A stretch of DNA of 46,309 nt from a virus (taxonomy: Duplodnaviria > Caudoviricetes): positions 1-46,309 of IMG/VR virus record IMGVR_UViG_3300045410_000131. The stretch is one strand, 5' to 3'. Below are positions 27,101 through 37,101 of this stretch, piece after piece. How positions within the stretch are numbered: the first letter of the stretch is position 1; each line of letters begins with the position of its first letter. The position numbers were made by a program, and so were the translations under genes. The notes under the pieces were generated by a model. It was not told the DNA's origin, ran no database searches, and saw only the letters and a list, made by a program, of their open reading frames with translations.

Positions 27101-30100
27101 TCCGCGAAATATTCCGTGACGTCCGCATCGAGCGGAATGTTCGGGTTCGCCATGTCTACCATGGATTTAACCAGAGAATTCCGGCTCTTTATAAAGTCCC
27201 TCACCGTGGAGCCGCTAACCATCCTCTTCCTCGACCAGACGTTAAAGGCCCTCAACACCTTCTCCTGGACTTCCGGTGGCGCGGAAGTCCAGAGCTCGTT
27301 CTTTATCACATGGCCCAGTTCATGGGTTAGTGTATCCACCATACTGGATAGCTTGGTCCGGCGAAGGAGTATGAGGTATATCCCATCTTCATAAGGGACC
27401 ATCTTGCCGTCAGCGCCTTTTGCCACGAAGTCCCGAACGCCGATTATGATTCGTGTCTTCGGGAGCACCTTCTTCATGACCCCTTGCGCCACAGCCAGGA
27501 GCCCCTTCCCTTCGACCTCCTGACCCTTCATCATCCTGGCCTGGCCAGGAAGTGGCGCAAGAAACGGCTTTTTCCACGGCCACTTGAAGACTCTCGATAG
27601 AGGACTTCCACTCGTCTCCACCATAGGAGACCCATCGGGTTCCTCCAAGATAACAAAGTCCCGCTTGGGAAGGCTTAGGATTCCCTTCACGAACTCGTTC
27701 GCGTCGAATCCCTTCCCGAGCCCCTTGCTGTATACAATCGCCCTTTGCGCGCCGACTTTTGGCCGCTGCCCCCTCTTGATTTGCCGCAAGAGCTGTCGCG
27801 TCATCAGTGCCCGCTTCGCGGTCGTAGGCCCGACGCCGAATTCATTCGCGAACCCTCTCGGGCCAAGATACGCCGCGAGTTCCCGCTCCGTCAGCACGCC
27901 CCCTTCCTCGCTTAGAATCTCTCCCGAGTCGAAGTCATATTCGAGCGCCGTGAGGCTAGGAAAGGCCCGAAAGACTTGCTCAGCTTCCTTCCGCGCGAGA
28001 GAACCAATATTATTCAGGTGCTTGCCAGGAAGGAACCCGTCTACGCCCTGGCCTGCATCCGGCAGCATCACCGACGTGTCGCCAAACCGGAGCGCCGAGG
28101 CAAATATATTACTGGTCCGGCGTACGTAGCCATTTGGAGGTGCCTCGCCCGGGAGAACATCCATCGTCATGGCGTTCGTGGGAAAGATTTGTTTTTTGTT
28201 GTTCTTTGCCCAGGTTCCGAATACCTGATACCCCAGACTCCCATAACCGCGCGGTGCGCTTGCAGCGCTAATGGTGTAGCGGCCCGTCATGGGGCTCCTC
28301 CGGAGTGTCATGTGTCCTGGCGTCCCATCTTTTGCGCGAAGCGCCCAAAGGTTCTCCGACCGCTCCTCAATTACAACAGTGCCCCGACTCACCGCCTCGG
28401 CTACTTGCACGAGGTCTTTCTTCCCAGACAGGCCATAGATAAAAGAGTCCCCGCTGGAAGTCGCCTCGAGCCAGACACGCCCAAGGAGTTCCCGTTGGGG
28501 TACACTCACGTTGAGCACCTCTCCTGGTGCCGGTGCCAAATCCGGGACCTCTTGCCGGACCTCTACGGGGCGAACCTGCGTCGCGGGGGGAGAGGGTCGC
28601 TTCGTCCTCGGCGCCTTCTTTGGGGCTTCTACTACCGCCTTTACATAGTTGAACAGTTCACTCCCCTCGGCCTTCGACCCAAGGTCCTCCTGGAGTTCAT
28701 CGACCAAATCTTTCCCTCGGTCCAGGATTGCCTCACCGAGCCCCATTAGTTCCTCCGGGTTCGAGGAAACAAAAGTATGTGGAACCCCCGAGTCGTCAAA
28801 GAGATTCAAACTGTACTCTGTGGCGCCTTCCTCGTTGGTGTCCCCGGTCTGCTCGATAAACCCTCTATCCCTTCCATCCTTCTCCAACCGTACCTGTCGG
28901 TCGGAACGGCTCGGGAGGATTTCTTCCTCGACTCCAAGTGCTTCTTCGGGAAGCACGGCTGGTGCCGTTGGCGTGGTTACTTGCGGCACTTGCGGCGGCA
29001 CCGTTGGCGCCACGATTGGCGTTCCCCCCGGCACCTTTACTACCCCACCTTGCCCTTTTACCACGGCGCCTAGAATCGCGGAGTCTTCAGTCGGCTCTTC
29101 TGGCGCCTTTGGCGCCAGGCCCGCCGGGAAGAAAACCACATCCCCTCGTGGCGCCTTTATCGGCGGGTAGAATCGCTCGTTATTCATATCTTCCAGGGCC
29201 GCGATTTCTCTATCCACCCACTGAGCGGTGCGTATATCCTTCACCTCAGGGCGGATATTCCTTAAATTCTCCGCGTACTCCTCAGCCCACTTCCGCCGTT
29301 GAAACGGCCCCGCGCCCTCTTCGGCGGTGCCGAGTTCATCGTTCTCCACTTCCGCCGCCTGGTGCCTCCTTTGGAGCGGGTGGAACGCAAAACCCAGAAG
29401 CCCGCCGCCAACACCTCCAGCGATCCCACTCGTCAACATCCGCAAGAGCGCCTGCCCTACCGGAACATCATCTCGAAAAACCCCCAGCTCATACCCGATG
29501 TTGAGGGCCTCCGTGATAGGCTCCTGAACCGCGCCCGATACGGCGCCACGGAACGCCGAGTCAACGAGGTTCTTTCCCTTCAGGATGCTCCGGAATGTGA
29601 ACCATTCCGGGAGCGCCTCTGCCAGCCCTGCATACGAAGCATCAAGGACCGACTCCACCGGACCCCTTCCTCGTTCGAACCGCGACTCCAGATACTGCTT
29701 CCCGAACGCGGGCGCGGCTCCAATCGCCAACCCCAATCCCGGCGACGCGCCTAGGAGCCCGGCCGTAACCTGGGGAAGCGTGCTTTGTACGATGGAGGCC
29801 GTGACATTGAGTCCGACACCAGTGGTACTCAACGGCTCCACCCCCGTCATAAGCCCCGCGACTTCCTGGTCCAACACCTCACTCGTGAACCGCGCCGATT
29901 CGCGCAATACCGCAATCTGCTTCTCATCTACAACCCCTCGCAATATGCGTCCGGGCACCGTCCCCTCCGTCGCCTCAAGACCGGCCTCGAGAGTGTCGGT
30001 GCCCAAAAGCGAGGCCCCGGTTATGGTCTGTTCGAGCCCAATCTTGCCAAGCTTCAGCGCCTTCTGCACATTGTCAGCAAAACTCGGCTCTACCGGTACT

Positions 30101-30411
30101 GATGGCGGGAGGGCCGCGCGGATTTGACTTTCCGGAACCGGGATACGCGGCAGCTCGCTCTCAACGGTTTCATCCGCGAACTGGAGAGGGGACACAGTCG
30201 CATCGCGAAGCGATGCGGGGGCTACTTGGGTTCGCGCCCCCTGGAACCTCACCGGAGTCGCCCGTGGCGCTTCTCGCGGCGCTTCCTCACTCTCTGCCAT
30301 AACCCGATCGAAATCACTCCTGATGGAGCGGAAGATGCTCTCATCGAGCACCTCTTCCGGACTCCTCCCTTCGGGGAGGCCGAGAATAAACTCCTCTGCC
30401 CGAGTCGCCAT
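24094..30411 (-). CDS. Large internal virion/ejection protein (~2105 aa) with HExxH zincin-like segment
   Basis: Last gene of virion arm; Gly/Ala-rich N-part, TLTHELGH...FDEWMAE, helical C-terminal region; start reassigned to ATG 30411. Confidence 0.8.
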   Translation of the reverse strand: MATRAEEFILGLPEGRSPEEVLDESIFRSIRSDFDRVMAESEEAPREAPRATPVRFQGARTQVAPASLRDATVSPLQFADETVESELPRIPVPESQIRAALPPSVPVEPSFADNVQKALKLGKIGLEQTITGASLLGTDTLEAGLEATEGTVPGRILRGVVDEKQIAVLRESARFTSEVLDQEVAGLMTGVEPLSTTGVGLNVTASIVQSTLPQVTAGLLGASPGLGLAIGAAPAFGKQYLESRFERGRGPVESVLDASYAGLAEALPEWFTFRSILKGKNLVDSAFRGAVSGAVQEPITEALNIGYELGVFRDDVPVGQALLRMLTSGIAGGVGGGLLGFAFHPLQRRHQAAEVENDELGTAEEGAGPFQRRKWAEEYAENLRNIRPEVKDIRTAQWVDREIAALEDMNNERFYPPIKAPRGDVVFFPAGLAPKAPEEPTEDSAILGAVVKGQGGVVKVPGGTPIVAPTVPPQVPQVTTPTAPAVLPEEALGVEEEILPSRSDRQVRLEKDGRDRGFIEQTGDTNEEGATEYSLNLFDDSGVPHTFVSSNPEELMGLGEAILDRGKDLVDELQEDLGSKAEGSELFNYVKAVVEAPKKAPRTKRPSPPATQVRPVEVRQEVPDLAPAPGEVLNVSVPQRELLGRVWLEATSSGDSFIYGLSGKKDLVQVAEAVSRGTVVIEERSENLWALRAKDGTPGHMTLRRSPMTGRYTISAASAPRGYGSLGYQVFGTWAKNNKKQIFPTNAMTMDVLPGEAPPNGYVRRTSNIFASALRFGDTSVMLPDAGQGVDGFLPGKHLNNIGSLARKEAEQVFRAFPSLTALEYDFDSGEILSEEGGVLTERELAAYLGPRGFANEFGVGPTTAKRALMTRQLLRQIKRGQRPKVGAQRAIVYSKGLGKGFDANEFVKGILSLPKRDFVILEEPDGSPMVETSGSPLSRVFKWPWKKPFLAPLPGQARMMKGQEVEGKGLLAVAQGVMKKVLPKTRIIIGVRDFVAKGADGKMVPYEDGIYLILLRRTKLSSMVDTLTHELGHVIKNELWTSAPPEVQEKVLRAFNVWSRKRMVSGSTVRDFIKSRNSLVKSMVDMANPNIPLDADVTEYFAEDWGYWSDFDEWMAEGIGRHLQKRLAYGQVDVLGDVQGFLKEVAGKLRNLYVMAEALGAGKFDPEESIVEFVSNSSGTSPVQPGEGYVPKWAKRLAPGAALEVARYGPYVKRMWTLPQIVDKNRLLPGVAEYGELVQLEADEVLSWTIRANERLKQWRKLSAKQRGALNAFILEVGQLGRHPGLNEEALLSQKHGLQGLSFAVWKGVEADYNSVLDSVEAALVEDAKRTFTNPQVLNDRLNELKVEMARMKSRPYIPFMRYGAYNVTVRERATDEVVFVRGAENFIEQAIWEKRLRGQFPEHLYLVVRGKWDRDMLLYRNMPPSLMHRFADRLGLTQKQREELQEMIMAATPGQAFASRFAKRRNIPGFDENTMRAYASYFTRAGKFIAKLKYGVHEELALDKLRKAIKDSRETLNLEKHQDVLGHLERHLEFVRNPGSDWAALRGALYHWYFGFLPISAAVNLTQPGLVTLPYLAARHGDKKALAALSKAYADVTGVYKGAPKGQDYDRAITMAQQQTFLNESQATELAAMAGEGLLKKFTGRFTRVEDAMWQFQAVSTWMMSNAELLNRRTTFRAAWLLAKEKGLRDPKHIQLLRDNPRQRGALRALGWSDAEAAYFLAAKEAVQKTQYEYAKWARPEWFRGKGGVVLMFKSFLVQHFHFLRNDPGATRALLIQLALAGLIGIPFGDDILKLAKYAARKLLGRDFDVEREAKKLAGEYWERPVDLLFYGLSRESFGLGLLMEMGGVPFPTVDLSQNLSFGRIVPGLNLLDSGEDWEGRFLQGATDVLGPATGLGYAITSAMADSDNPDAFKRWERAMPRIIRFVTKAHEGLTKGAVSTRAGRPIMEVDSDDPRHLAEMAALAMGAVPTRLSRQWNYERKVWEWVNYISARRRAVMRAGVKAQEDDDAEMRETYREMKSELDRDLRSAKVPGAMRLSVTDRDVGLEVRKRQRQSMQGIGVPPVPRKFQPIEKDVREGIGVETLATPKATPRTQAGPDPETF

Positions 30412-30416
30412 GGAGC

Positions 30417-31454
30417 CTATTCCTCCCCTCTCCTCTTTATCCGGCCTTTCGTTGCGGTTTCCTCCAGCGTTTCCCCGGTCCAACCCTTCTTCTTAAGCAC
30501 CTCCAGCGCTTCCTTCTTCGAGATCTTCTTTGACCTCACACTCTCTGCGAGGAGTGGCAGCCCCATCGCCTCATCATCGGGGAGGCTCTCGGAAATCTTT
30601 CCCGCCTTCAGTGCCGCGACGGGTATGTTCCCTTCCCCTTCTTTCAAAAGGTCGCTAAATGTCCTAAATCGTTCCTCGAGTTCAGTCCCTTCCGAGAACT
30701 TACTCAGTTCAATCGCGCCCCGAACTTGGGCCTCCCTCTGTGCCTCCTCATTCAGAACGCGGGCTCGAGCCTCGTCTTCGGGAACCCCGGTCTTCTTCAG
30801 TAAGTCCACCCGAGATTGCATCACCCGCTCATCAGCCGTGCTTGGCCCCTCAAGCGCCCTCTCTGTTTGTGCCTTTGCGAGTTCCGTTTGCGCGCCCCGA
30901 AGTTCGTCCAGGCTTCCCCTTCCAGCAATAATGGCATTTATCCTCGCCTGTGCAGCCTTGACCCGCGCAAGCTCGGTTTCCCTCTTCAGACCCTCAAGCC
31001 CAATATCGCTCTCTGTCTTTCGTATGCTTGCCTCCTTTTCCTGCTTCTCGAGCGGAAGAAGTTCTTCTTCCCTCCTACCCTTTCGCCTCGCCTCTTCTTC
31101 CTGAAACTCTATCTGTTTCTCTAGGAGCCCAATCTTCTTCTCCTCGCGGCCGGTTTTCGCCGCCAGGGCAGCCCTCTCCTGTTGCAAAATCCCGGTCCTC
31201 TCCATTGCACCAAGCCCCTCGAGAGCGGCCAGCCCAAACTGACCGGCGCCAGTCTGTCCGACCTGTTGCGGCTGGAGTAAAACGGCGCCGAAAGAAATCA
31301 AGGCATTCTGAATCGCCGGGTCCCGTAACCTCTCCCGCCACCCCTGCACCCGGGATTCGAACTCCGGCGTACCTTCCTCAACCGGCTGCGGAATCGGGGC
31401 CGAGCCGCTAAGGCTCAACGGCTGTCCACCCAACAAATCATAGTGACTCGGCAT
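30417..31454 (-). CDS. Probable ejection (internal virion) protein, coiled coil
   Basis: 345 aa, E/K/R-rich heptads; position before large virion protein. Confidence 0.65.
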   Translation of the reverse strand: MPSHYDLLGGQPLSLSGSAPIPQPVEEGTPEFESRVQGWRERLRDPAIQNALISFGAVLLQPQQVGQTGAGQFGLAALEGLGAMERTGILQQERAALAAKTGREEKKIGLLEKQIEFQEEEARRKGRREEELLPLEKQEKEASIRKTESDIGLEGLKRETELARVKAAQARINAIIAGRGSLDELRGAQTELAKAQTERALEGPSTADERVMQSRVDLLKKTGVPEDEARARVLNEEAQREAQVRGAIELSKFSEGTELEERFRTFSDLLKEGEGNIPVAALKAGKISESLPDDEAMGLPLLAESVRSKKISKKEALEVLKKKGWTGETLEETATKGRIKRRGEE

Positions 31455-31458
31455 ATCT

Positions 31459-31845
31459 CTACCCCCCTAGGAGTGCGCCTAGCGGGTTACCACCCCCCAG
31501 ACCTCCTCCACCCTGAGTTAATGCAAGCAACTGCTGAAGCAGCTGTGGGTTCATAGCGGCGGGAGCAGGTGGAGCCCCAAGCGCCGCCGGAGCTGCCGGC
31601 TGTTGCGGCGGGTTGAAAACACCAGCCTGGAGCGCCGTTCCAATTCCCCCAAAGTTCGGAGCCGCTGCTCCCACAGGTGCCCCCACCGCTGCCCCTGGTT
31701 TCTTTACCGGTGGAGGCGCTGCCCGTGCTAACAGCTTTGCCGTTCCCTCTGGATCATTCAGGGCCTGAGTCAATATTCCCCCAACCTCACCGACATTGCC
31801 CAGACTCTGTGTCTGCCCCAACAAGAAATCAAAAGGAGTCGCCAT
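31459..31845 (-). CDS. Small Gly/Ala/Pro-rich virion protein
   Basis: GAGGT RBS; ejection-protein cluster. Confidence 0.6.
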   Translation of the reverse strand: MATPFDFLLGQTQSLGNVGEVGGILTQALNDPEGTAKLLARAAPPPVKKPGAAVGAPVGAAAPNFGGIGTALQAGVFNPPQQPAAPAALGAPPAPAAMNPQLLQQLLALTQGGGGLGGGNPLGALLGG

Positions 31846-31858
31846 TCTCTATACCTCT

Positions 31859-32809
31859 CTAAAACAAAGACAACAACCCGATAAGGGCTCCAATCCCAGC
31901 ACCAACCGCGCCGCCGCCAGCTGCCGTAGCAGTCGCGGGATTAATAGCGGCACCAAGCCCGCCACCCAGCGCCGCGCCCCCAAGGGCACCAAGTATCGGA
32001 TTGGTTCCTGGCGGCCCCGGCTGTTGCGAGAACCCACTCATCCCACTCCCCGGCAGCCCCGAAGCAAGCCCCGCAATCTCTTGGGCCAAAAAGAGCGGCA
32101 TGAGCTGGTCCGTCGTAAAGCGACGCGTCGCCTCATCCAGCGTCCTTTGTGCCTGAGCCTGCTGCTCTGCACCGACGCCACTAATGATCTGACCCGGCAG
32201 GAGCCCAAGTTGGGACACCGATGGAGCCAGCGCAAGGCCCCTTGACTGGGCTTCGAGCCCCTTCTGAAACGCCTGGTTTGCGAACGAACTTGATGTGTCC
32301 GCCACCTGCCGCAAAAAGGACTGCCCAGCAAGCCCCTCCGCGATGCCCTGTCTGGACCCGCCAAGACCGCCGGAGGCAACTGCACCACTAGTTATAGAGG
32401 GCAGGACAGTCTGTGTATGTTGCTCCCTAATGGGCCTAATGGCCGCATCGATAGCGGCTGCAAGATACGGGTTGTTCTGTAAATCCGGCGCGTTGAGCTG
32501 GGACTTAAGCGCACTCTGTACACCCGGTAGGACATCCTGCCCGAAGCCTCGCGCAGTTTGAACCAGCCGGTTCTGCCCCTCCGTCTGGAGCCCCGTCTGA
32601 GGCGCGACCCGACTGAAGGGAGTGTCCTGGACTCCCCTACGGGCGACAGTCTCTGCCAGCGGAGTGGCCAGCCCGATGAGGCGTTTCTGTTCAGGAGTTA
32701 GCTCCACAACCGTCTTCTGTGTGACGTTCTGCGTCTTGCCGCCACCACCACCAAACGCATGCACTCGGAAATCCCCTTCCCACTCGCGCCGTAATCTGTT
32801 CTTTCTCAT
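31859..32809 (-). CDS. Probable ejection/pilot protein
   Basis: GGGGG N-terminus, NPYL, GGLGGSRQGIAEG, C-terminal glycine zipper. Confidence 0.72.
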   Translation of the reverse strand: MRKNRLRREWEGDFRVHAFGGGGGKTQNVTQKTVVELTPEQKRLIGLATPLAETVARRGVQDTPFSRVAPQTGLQTEGQNRLVQTARGFGQDVLPGVQSALKSQLNAPDLQNNPYLAAAIDAAIRPIREQHTQTVLPSITSGAVASGGLGGSRQGIAEGLAGQSFLRQVADTSSSFANQAFQKGLEAQSRGLALAPSVSQLGLLPGQIISGVGAEQQAQAQRTLDEATRRFTTDQLMPLFLAQEIAGLASGLPGSGMSGFSQQPGPPGTNPILGALGGAALGGGLGAAINPATATAAGGGAVGAGIGALIGLLSLF

Positions 32810-33246
32810 GGAAGTTCTCTCTTCAGCAAAACCCTATCTTGACGGAAACCCAGTCCCTTCAACACCTTTGCCCATCCCTTCCGGCCCTCCACTCGGACCT
32901 CTGTAGCCTCGTTCGCGCTGGCCCAAGCAAACACATCCGGAGCCATAAGCTCGGCCCATTCCTTCCCGTTCTTCCCACCGCCCAGTGTCACGTAGCACAC
33001 CAGACCCCCTGAGTCCATCTGATCCAGCGCGGTGAGGAAAACGAACTCCAGTTCTTCCCTCCTAAATCCCGCCCAGAACTGCCACTTATCCCTCTGAATT
33101 CTCCTGAGCACCTTAGGCTCCGTGTAGAGCCCCTTCGCCCGTTTAAAGGCTCCCCGAAGCGCTTGAGGCGGCCACAGAGCCTCCACCGCATTCGAGGGCA
33201 GCATCATCCACTGCCTGTTACCCGAGCTTATTCCACCCACCTGCAT
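32806..33246 (-). CDS. GNAT-like virion-module protein
   Basis: GRKGWAKVL..LGF motif; usual position after tail nozzle gene. Confidence 0.6.
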   Translation of the reverse strand: MQVGGISSGNRQWMMLPSNAVEALWPPQALRGAFKRAKGLYTEPKVLRRIQRDKWQFWAGFRREELEFVFLTALDQMDSGGLVCYVTLGGGKNGKEWAELMAPDVFAWASANEATEVRVEGRKGWAKVLKGLGFRQDRVLLKRELP

Positions 33247-33445
33247 AGTAGGTATAGACTCCTTGGCCGGCCCCCGGGTTCCAATCTGTTCCGTCCGCGC
33301 CCACCGTGAGCCCTTCGAAAACCTTCAACGGCTCGACGTGGAGAAACTCAATCTCCACCCTCGGAATGGGTGACCCCGCGATGCTGCGCAGTTCCTCATT
33401 CACCTCCGCGAAATCCTTTACAATTTTCCAGGCGTAACGAAGCAT
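33218..33445 (-). CDS. Small tail-associated protein
   Basis: ADGTDWNPGAGQGVYTYYAGGWNKLG. Confidence 0.7.
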   Translation of the reverse strand: MLRYAWKIVKDFAEVNEELRSIAGSPIPRVEIEFLHVEPLKVFEGLTVGADGTDWNPGAGQGVYTYYAGGWNKLG

Positions 33446-35037
33446 CAGAACACTCCCAAAGGAACTATGTCCGGCCCGTAGCTGGTGATCGAGACCGCAT
33501 CTGGTCCCTCATATTCGAGCCGGATAGCGAGCAGTACGCCGCTCACAACCAGGTTAACCCGCCGGTCCTTACTTATGTCCAGCTGTTTCGGCCCTTTCCA
33601 CTTGACCGACCCCTCGGGCCGATCTTGTGCCCCAAGGAAGACATTGATTTTTCCCTTTCCCTGAAACCATGCGCCAGTCATCATGTATTTTCGGCCGAAG
33701 TCGGCAGCCGGACTCTTGCCTCTGTCTTCTCCCGTGAGAGTTAGCCCGGTCCGCTGTACCTGGAAGGCGAATCCCTTCCCGTTCTGGCTGTTCCCATCAT
33801 TCAAGAGAAGTACCAACGCCGGGTCCGGCTGCGCTAGGAGGGTCTTGTATCCACTCCTCTTGTCGCCGGCGTCCCACACGCCTTCTGCCGAATCCCACAC
33901 AACGTTCTGGTTATCCCAAACATCACTCGCGACAATCTTATCAAACGGCCCGACATCTCCGTGCGCCACTCCATCCGGGAACCGCCTATCCCCAATGGCG
34001 CCAGATTTCCAATTCCAAGAGATCGCCGTATTTGCGTCGATACCGTCCGAGTCTGGGAAGACAAAGTAACTCTCGCCGAGAGTGTAGTCATTCACGCAGA
34101 AACACCGGTCCGCATTCGCCGCACTGAGTGTACGTGAGAGCCATTGCTTCACCCGCCGGTCGACAAGGCTCACCATTTGGTTCCCGTCGAAGAGGACCAG
34201 GTCTTCTCCAGTCCCAACGAAGTGGCCCCGAGGCCGGCCGGAGCCGGACGTATCTGGTACCTCGACAGCACAGTTCACCGAGATGACGCCCGAAACAGAC
34301 GAGACCGACGGAAATGCAAAGACCTCAACGCTCCCCGGAAGGAACTGCATGATATACGTCGAGTCCTGCTTGTAGATGACATTGACATTCCCCAGCGGGA
34401 GACAATCCACACACCCACCCGAGGTATGGGAGAGCGGAACCTCGCCCGCGAGCTTAGTCGCGTCCGCCTCGTCCCACGTGGAGGGCACAGTTCCAGGGTC
34501 CGCCGGATGGCTCCACTTAACCGTGTGCGCAAACCGGACGCCGCTCTTAATTACGTCCAAGGCAACCAGGAAGTTCCCAAACGGCCGCAAGGCACGCGCA
34601 CGCAGCGTGCTCGGCCAGTTCGGCAAATCGACAAGCTGCTGCCCAAGACCGGGCGGGTTCCAGACCTGGGGAATATCACTAATGTTATTGATGACGCCAA
34701 GGCCCCCGAGCACACCCCCTGTCCACCTCGCCGTGACGCTCGCCGCGTAGTCGCCTCCTGCCGCGCGCGTGATATCGGCATGGGTCCCGGCGCTAAAGGC
34801 GCTCACCTTGGCGAGCCCCGCATAGAGCCAAAGGTCACTAGTAGGCGTCCGGACCGGGAGTAGGAAGTGGGGAGCATGTAGAGGGGTCGAGAACGCCGAG
34901 CTGTAGCCCGGCATCTTGCTCACTGCCCCGTTCGCAAACCTCGCATTCTGGCCATCATTAAAGGTCTCCGGCTGGAGCTTCTCAGGCGGCAAATCCCGGT
35001 TGATACCGAATGCGTCGAGGTGGTGGACCGGAACCAT
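33445..35037 (-). CDS. Tail nozzle/stabilisation protein (P22 gp10/T7 gp12-like)
   Basis: 530 aa beta-rich; GINRDLPP, VKWSHPADP; follows adaptor and fibre genes. Confidence 0.75.
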   Translation of the reverse strand: MVPVHHLDAFGINRDLPPEKLQPETFNDGQNARFANGAVSKMPGYSSAFSTPLHAPHFLLPVRTPTSDLWLYAGLAKVSAFSAGTHADITRAAGGDYAASVTARWTGGVLGGLGVINNISDIPQVWNPPGLGQQLVDLPNWPSTLRARALRPFGNFLVALDVIKSGVRFAHTVKWSHPADPGTVPSTWDEADATKLAGEVPLSHTSGGCVDCLPLGNVNVIYKQDSTYIMQFLPGSVEVFAFPSVSSVSGVISVNCAVEVPDTSGSGRPRGHFVGTGEDLVLFDGNQMVSLVDRRVKQWLSRTLSAANADRCFCVNDYTLGESYFVFPDSDGIDANTAISWNWKSGAIGDRRFPDGVAHGDVGPFDKIVASDVWDNQNVVWDSAEGVWDAGDKRSGYKTLLAQPDPALVLLLNDGNSQNGKGFAFQVQRTGLTLTGEDRGKSPAADFGRKYMMTGAWFQGKGKINVFLGAQDRPEGSVKWKGPKQLDISKDRRVNLVVSGVLLAIRLEYEGPDAVSITSYGPDIVPLGVF

Positions 35038-35039
35038 CG

Positions 35040-36449
35040 CTACATCCTCGCGTTCACGAGAGCCGAGAACTGCGCCGGGGCACTGTGGTTTGCGTTCTGT
35101 CGGAAGAAATGACGTCCGAGGGAGGTTCCCGACTCGATAGCTCCAAGTCTATTAATGTTCCCCATCGACCCGAAGGCAGCTCCGCTCCCCTGGCTGTAGG
35201 ACAGCCTGATTAAAATAGGACTAACCCTCTTAGAAACCTTGTAATAATACGTGGGAAACCCCTCTACCTGGAGAGCCCCAACAACCACCCCGGCAATAGG
35301 TTCCAAATACCGATACAACTTCAGGAGCTGGTTTGTTATCGGCTCCGGACTCACAGGGGTCGCGATGCTTCCTATCTGGAGCTTCGGTCCCCAGACGTAG
35401 CAATCGTTCCCCACAGTCGCGGCGAAGTTCACCTGTGAGGAAGTGGATATGAAATCCCCAAACTGCCAAACGTCGGACGTCAGGGTTTGAAGAGCGGTCC
35501 CCGCCATTAAAGTAATCGACGCAGCTATCGCGCCTCTCTCATCAGTAACCCATCCCGGTTCCACATCGCCCTCGAACACAAACGTATGCCGCTCCCATGT
35601 AGACGCCGCAGCCGTGAAAGGCATTACAATACTCCTGTCCACTCCGCCCGCCTGACTAGGTCGACGGAGGGCAGCATGGTAGGTTCCCGGGACCTCTGTA
35701 AAGAAGGAAAACCCGAAGGAGAGCTCCTTTGCAGCAGCTTTCCCAAAAAGCGCTGGCGCGAATTCCAACCCCTCTATCGGAAAGCTAACAAGTAGACGGT
35801 CAGAGGAGCCGGGAGTCGCTAGAGCTCCCGTTATGCTTATCTTCGTTGCTGCCCCCCAAGCATCTGGGGGTTGACCCTCTCGGTTAATACTAACCGTCGG
35901 CCCCTGAACGGATATCGCGTGTTGGTCTGCCCCATAGTCCACAGCACTTGCCGGGCCAAGGCTGAAGGGAAGCGTCCCATGCGCCTGCCACACCTCCCCC
36001 GCCGCATTGAGGATGAGATTAGTGTCATTCTCCACAAGAGGAAGCGCCCCGAGCCAAATGAATTGACTCCCCGCATACACCAGCTCCACTACCGCTCCTG
36101 CCTGCCACACGCCCCTCACCAGTGGCTTCAAGTTCTGGTCCACAACTGTCTTAGCCCCCAGGCCGCTGACATCCAACGTAACACTCTTCGTGTTCGTGTT
36201 AACGACGCGCAGGTATATCCGCATTCCCTCCACATATGAGGAGATAGCCGGATTTAGGCTCACCACATACGCATCTGCAACACCAGTGTCCACCCCGTAC
36301 GCGACCGGGAAGTTCTGACCCGGGAACGACCGCTGCAAGTTCCCCTTCATGAGCCGGAAGTGGTCATCGCCCTCCCGTACGAAGTCGGTCGGGCCAAGAG
36401 GCCAAGCGCTATTAAGGTCGCCTATAAAACCTGGTGCTTCAAGAGGCAT
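35040..36449 (-). CDS. Tail fibre protein
   Basis: N-terminal LNSAWP...EGDDHFRLMK fibre anchor, beta-rich C-terminal domain. Confidence 0.72.
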   Translation of the reverse strand: MPLEAPGFIGDLNSAWPLGPTDFVREGDDHFRLMKGNLQRSFPGQNFPVAYGVDTGVADAYVVSLNPAISSYVEGMRIYLRVVNTNTKSVTLDVSGLGAKTVVDQNLKPLVRGVWQAGAVVELVYAGSQFIWLGALPLVENDTNLILNAAGEVWQAHGTLPFSLGPASAVDYGADQHAISVQGPTVSINREGQPPDAWGAATKISITGALATPGSSDRLLVSFPIEGLEFAPALFGKAAAKELSFGFSFFTEVPGTYHAALRRPSQAGGVDRSIVMPFTAAASTWERHTFVFEGDVEPGWVTDERGAIAASITLMAGTALQTLTSDVWQFGDFISTSSQVNFAATVGNDCYVWGPKLQIGSIATPVSPEPITNQLLKLYRYLEPIAGVVVGALQVEGFPTYYYKVSKRVSPILIRLSYSQGSGAAFGSMGNINRLGAIESGTSLGRHFFRQNANHSAPAQFSALVNARM

Positions 36450-36450
36450 A

Positions 36451-37101
36451 CTAGAACCCTCCAGTGTCGTCTATAAAGTCCTCACCGGACCCTACGGACT
36501 CGTGTAAATTTGCCATCTCCCTTTCGACTCCATCCACGGAAAGCCTTCGCCGCGCGTCCGCAAACATGGCCTGGAACACCGCCACCGCTTCCTTGTCTCT
36601 CAGCGCCGTAGCCATGATGGCGCCCGCATCTCCAATTAACATATAGGGCGCGTACTTGAGCCACTTATTCTCCACCTCCGGACCGCTCAGAATGGTGTCC
36701 TGGAGAAAGAACCGGGTCCGAATCTCATACACCGTATCCGGTACCGGCCGGAGGAGGAAATAGTCCCCCACCAGCGCATAGCGTTTGGGCGCCCCGAAGG
36801 CGGTGTGGGCGCTCACCAGCCGGTCATGAAACCCCTTCTTGAGTTCCACCAGCCGGGTTCCATCCACTCGCCAGAGAGACCCCTCATGGTACTCCCGAAG
36901 GAAATTCGGAGGTACCTTTACTCGTTCCTCTTCCACCTTAGTCGTGGTCTTGCCCATCTCGCTCACCAAAAACCAAGGCATCAGGTCCGCCCGCTCCAAC
37001 CTTTCCTGCGCAAGCCGAAGTTCGGAAGTTATAAACTCATCCAGATCGTCTCGGAACCCTAAGTGCCGATTGACTACACTCACTGCATCTTTAAGTTTCA
37101 T
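36451..37101 (-). CDS. Head-tail adaptor protein
   Basis: 216 aa; GAPKRYA...LRPVPDTVY...NKWL pattern. Confidence 0.75.
   Translation of the reverse strand: MKLKDAVSVVNRHLGFRDDLDEFITSELRLAQERLERADLMPWFLVSEMGKTTTKVEEERVKVPPNFLREYHEGSLWRVDGTRLVELKKGFHDRLVSAHTAFGAPKRYALVGDYFLLRPVPDTVYEIRTRFFLQDTILSGPEVENKWLKYAPYMLIGDAGAIMATALRDKEAVAVFQAMFADARRRLSVDGVEREMANLHESVGSGEDFIDDTGGF

Noticed and set aside
24094-30411. N4-like virion RNA polymerase that would explain the hairpins
   Set aside because: Much shorter than N4 vRNAP and I could not find single-subunit RNAP motifs; a profile search is needed to exclude fully
25120-31104. Several long + strand ORFs (356, 245, 257, 326 aa)
   Set aside because: Antisense to the virion genes, with no recognisable motifs
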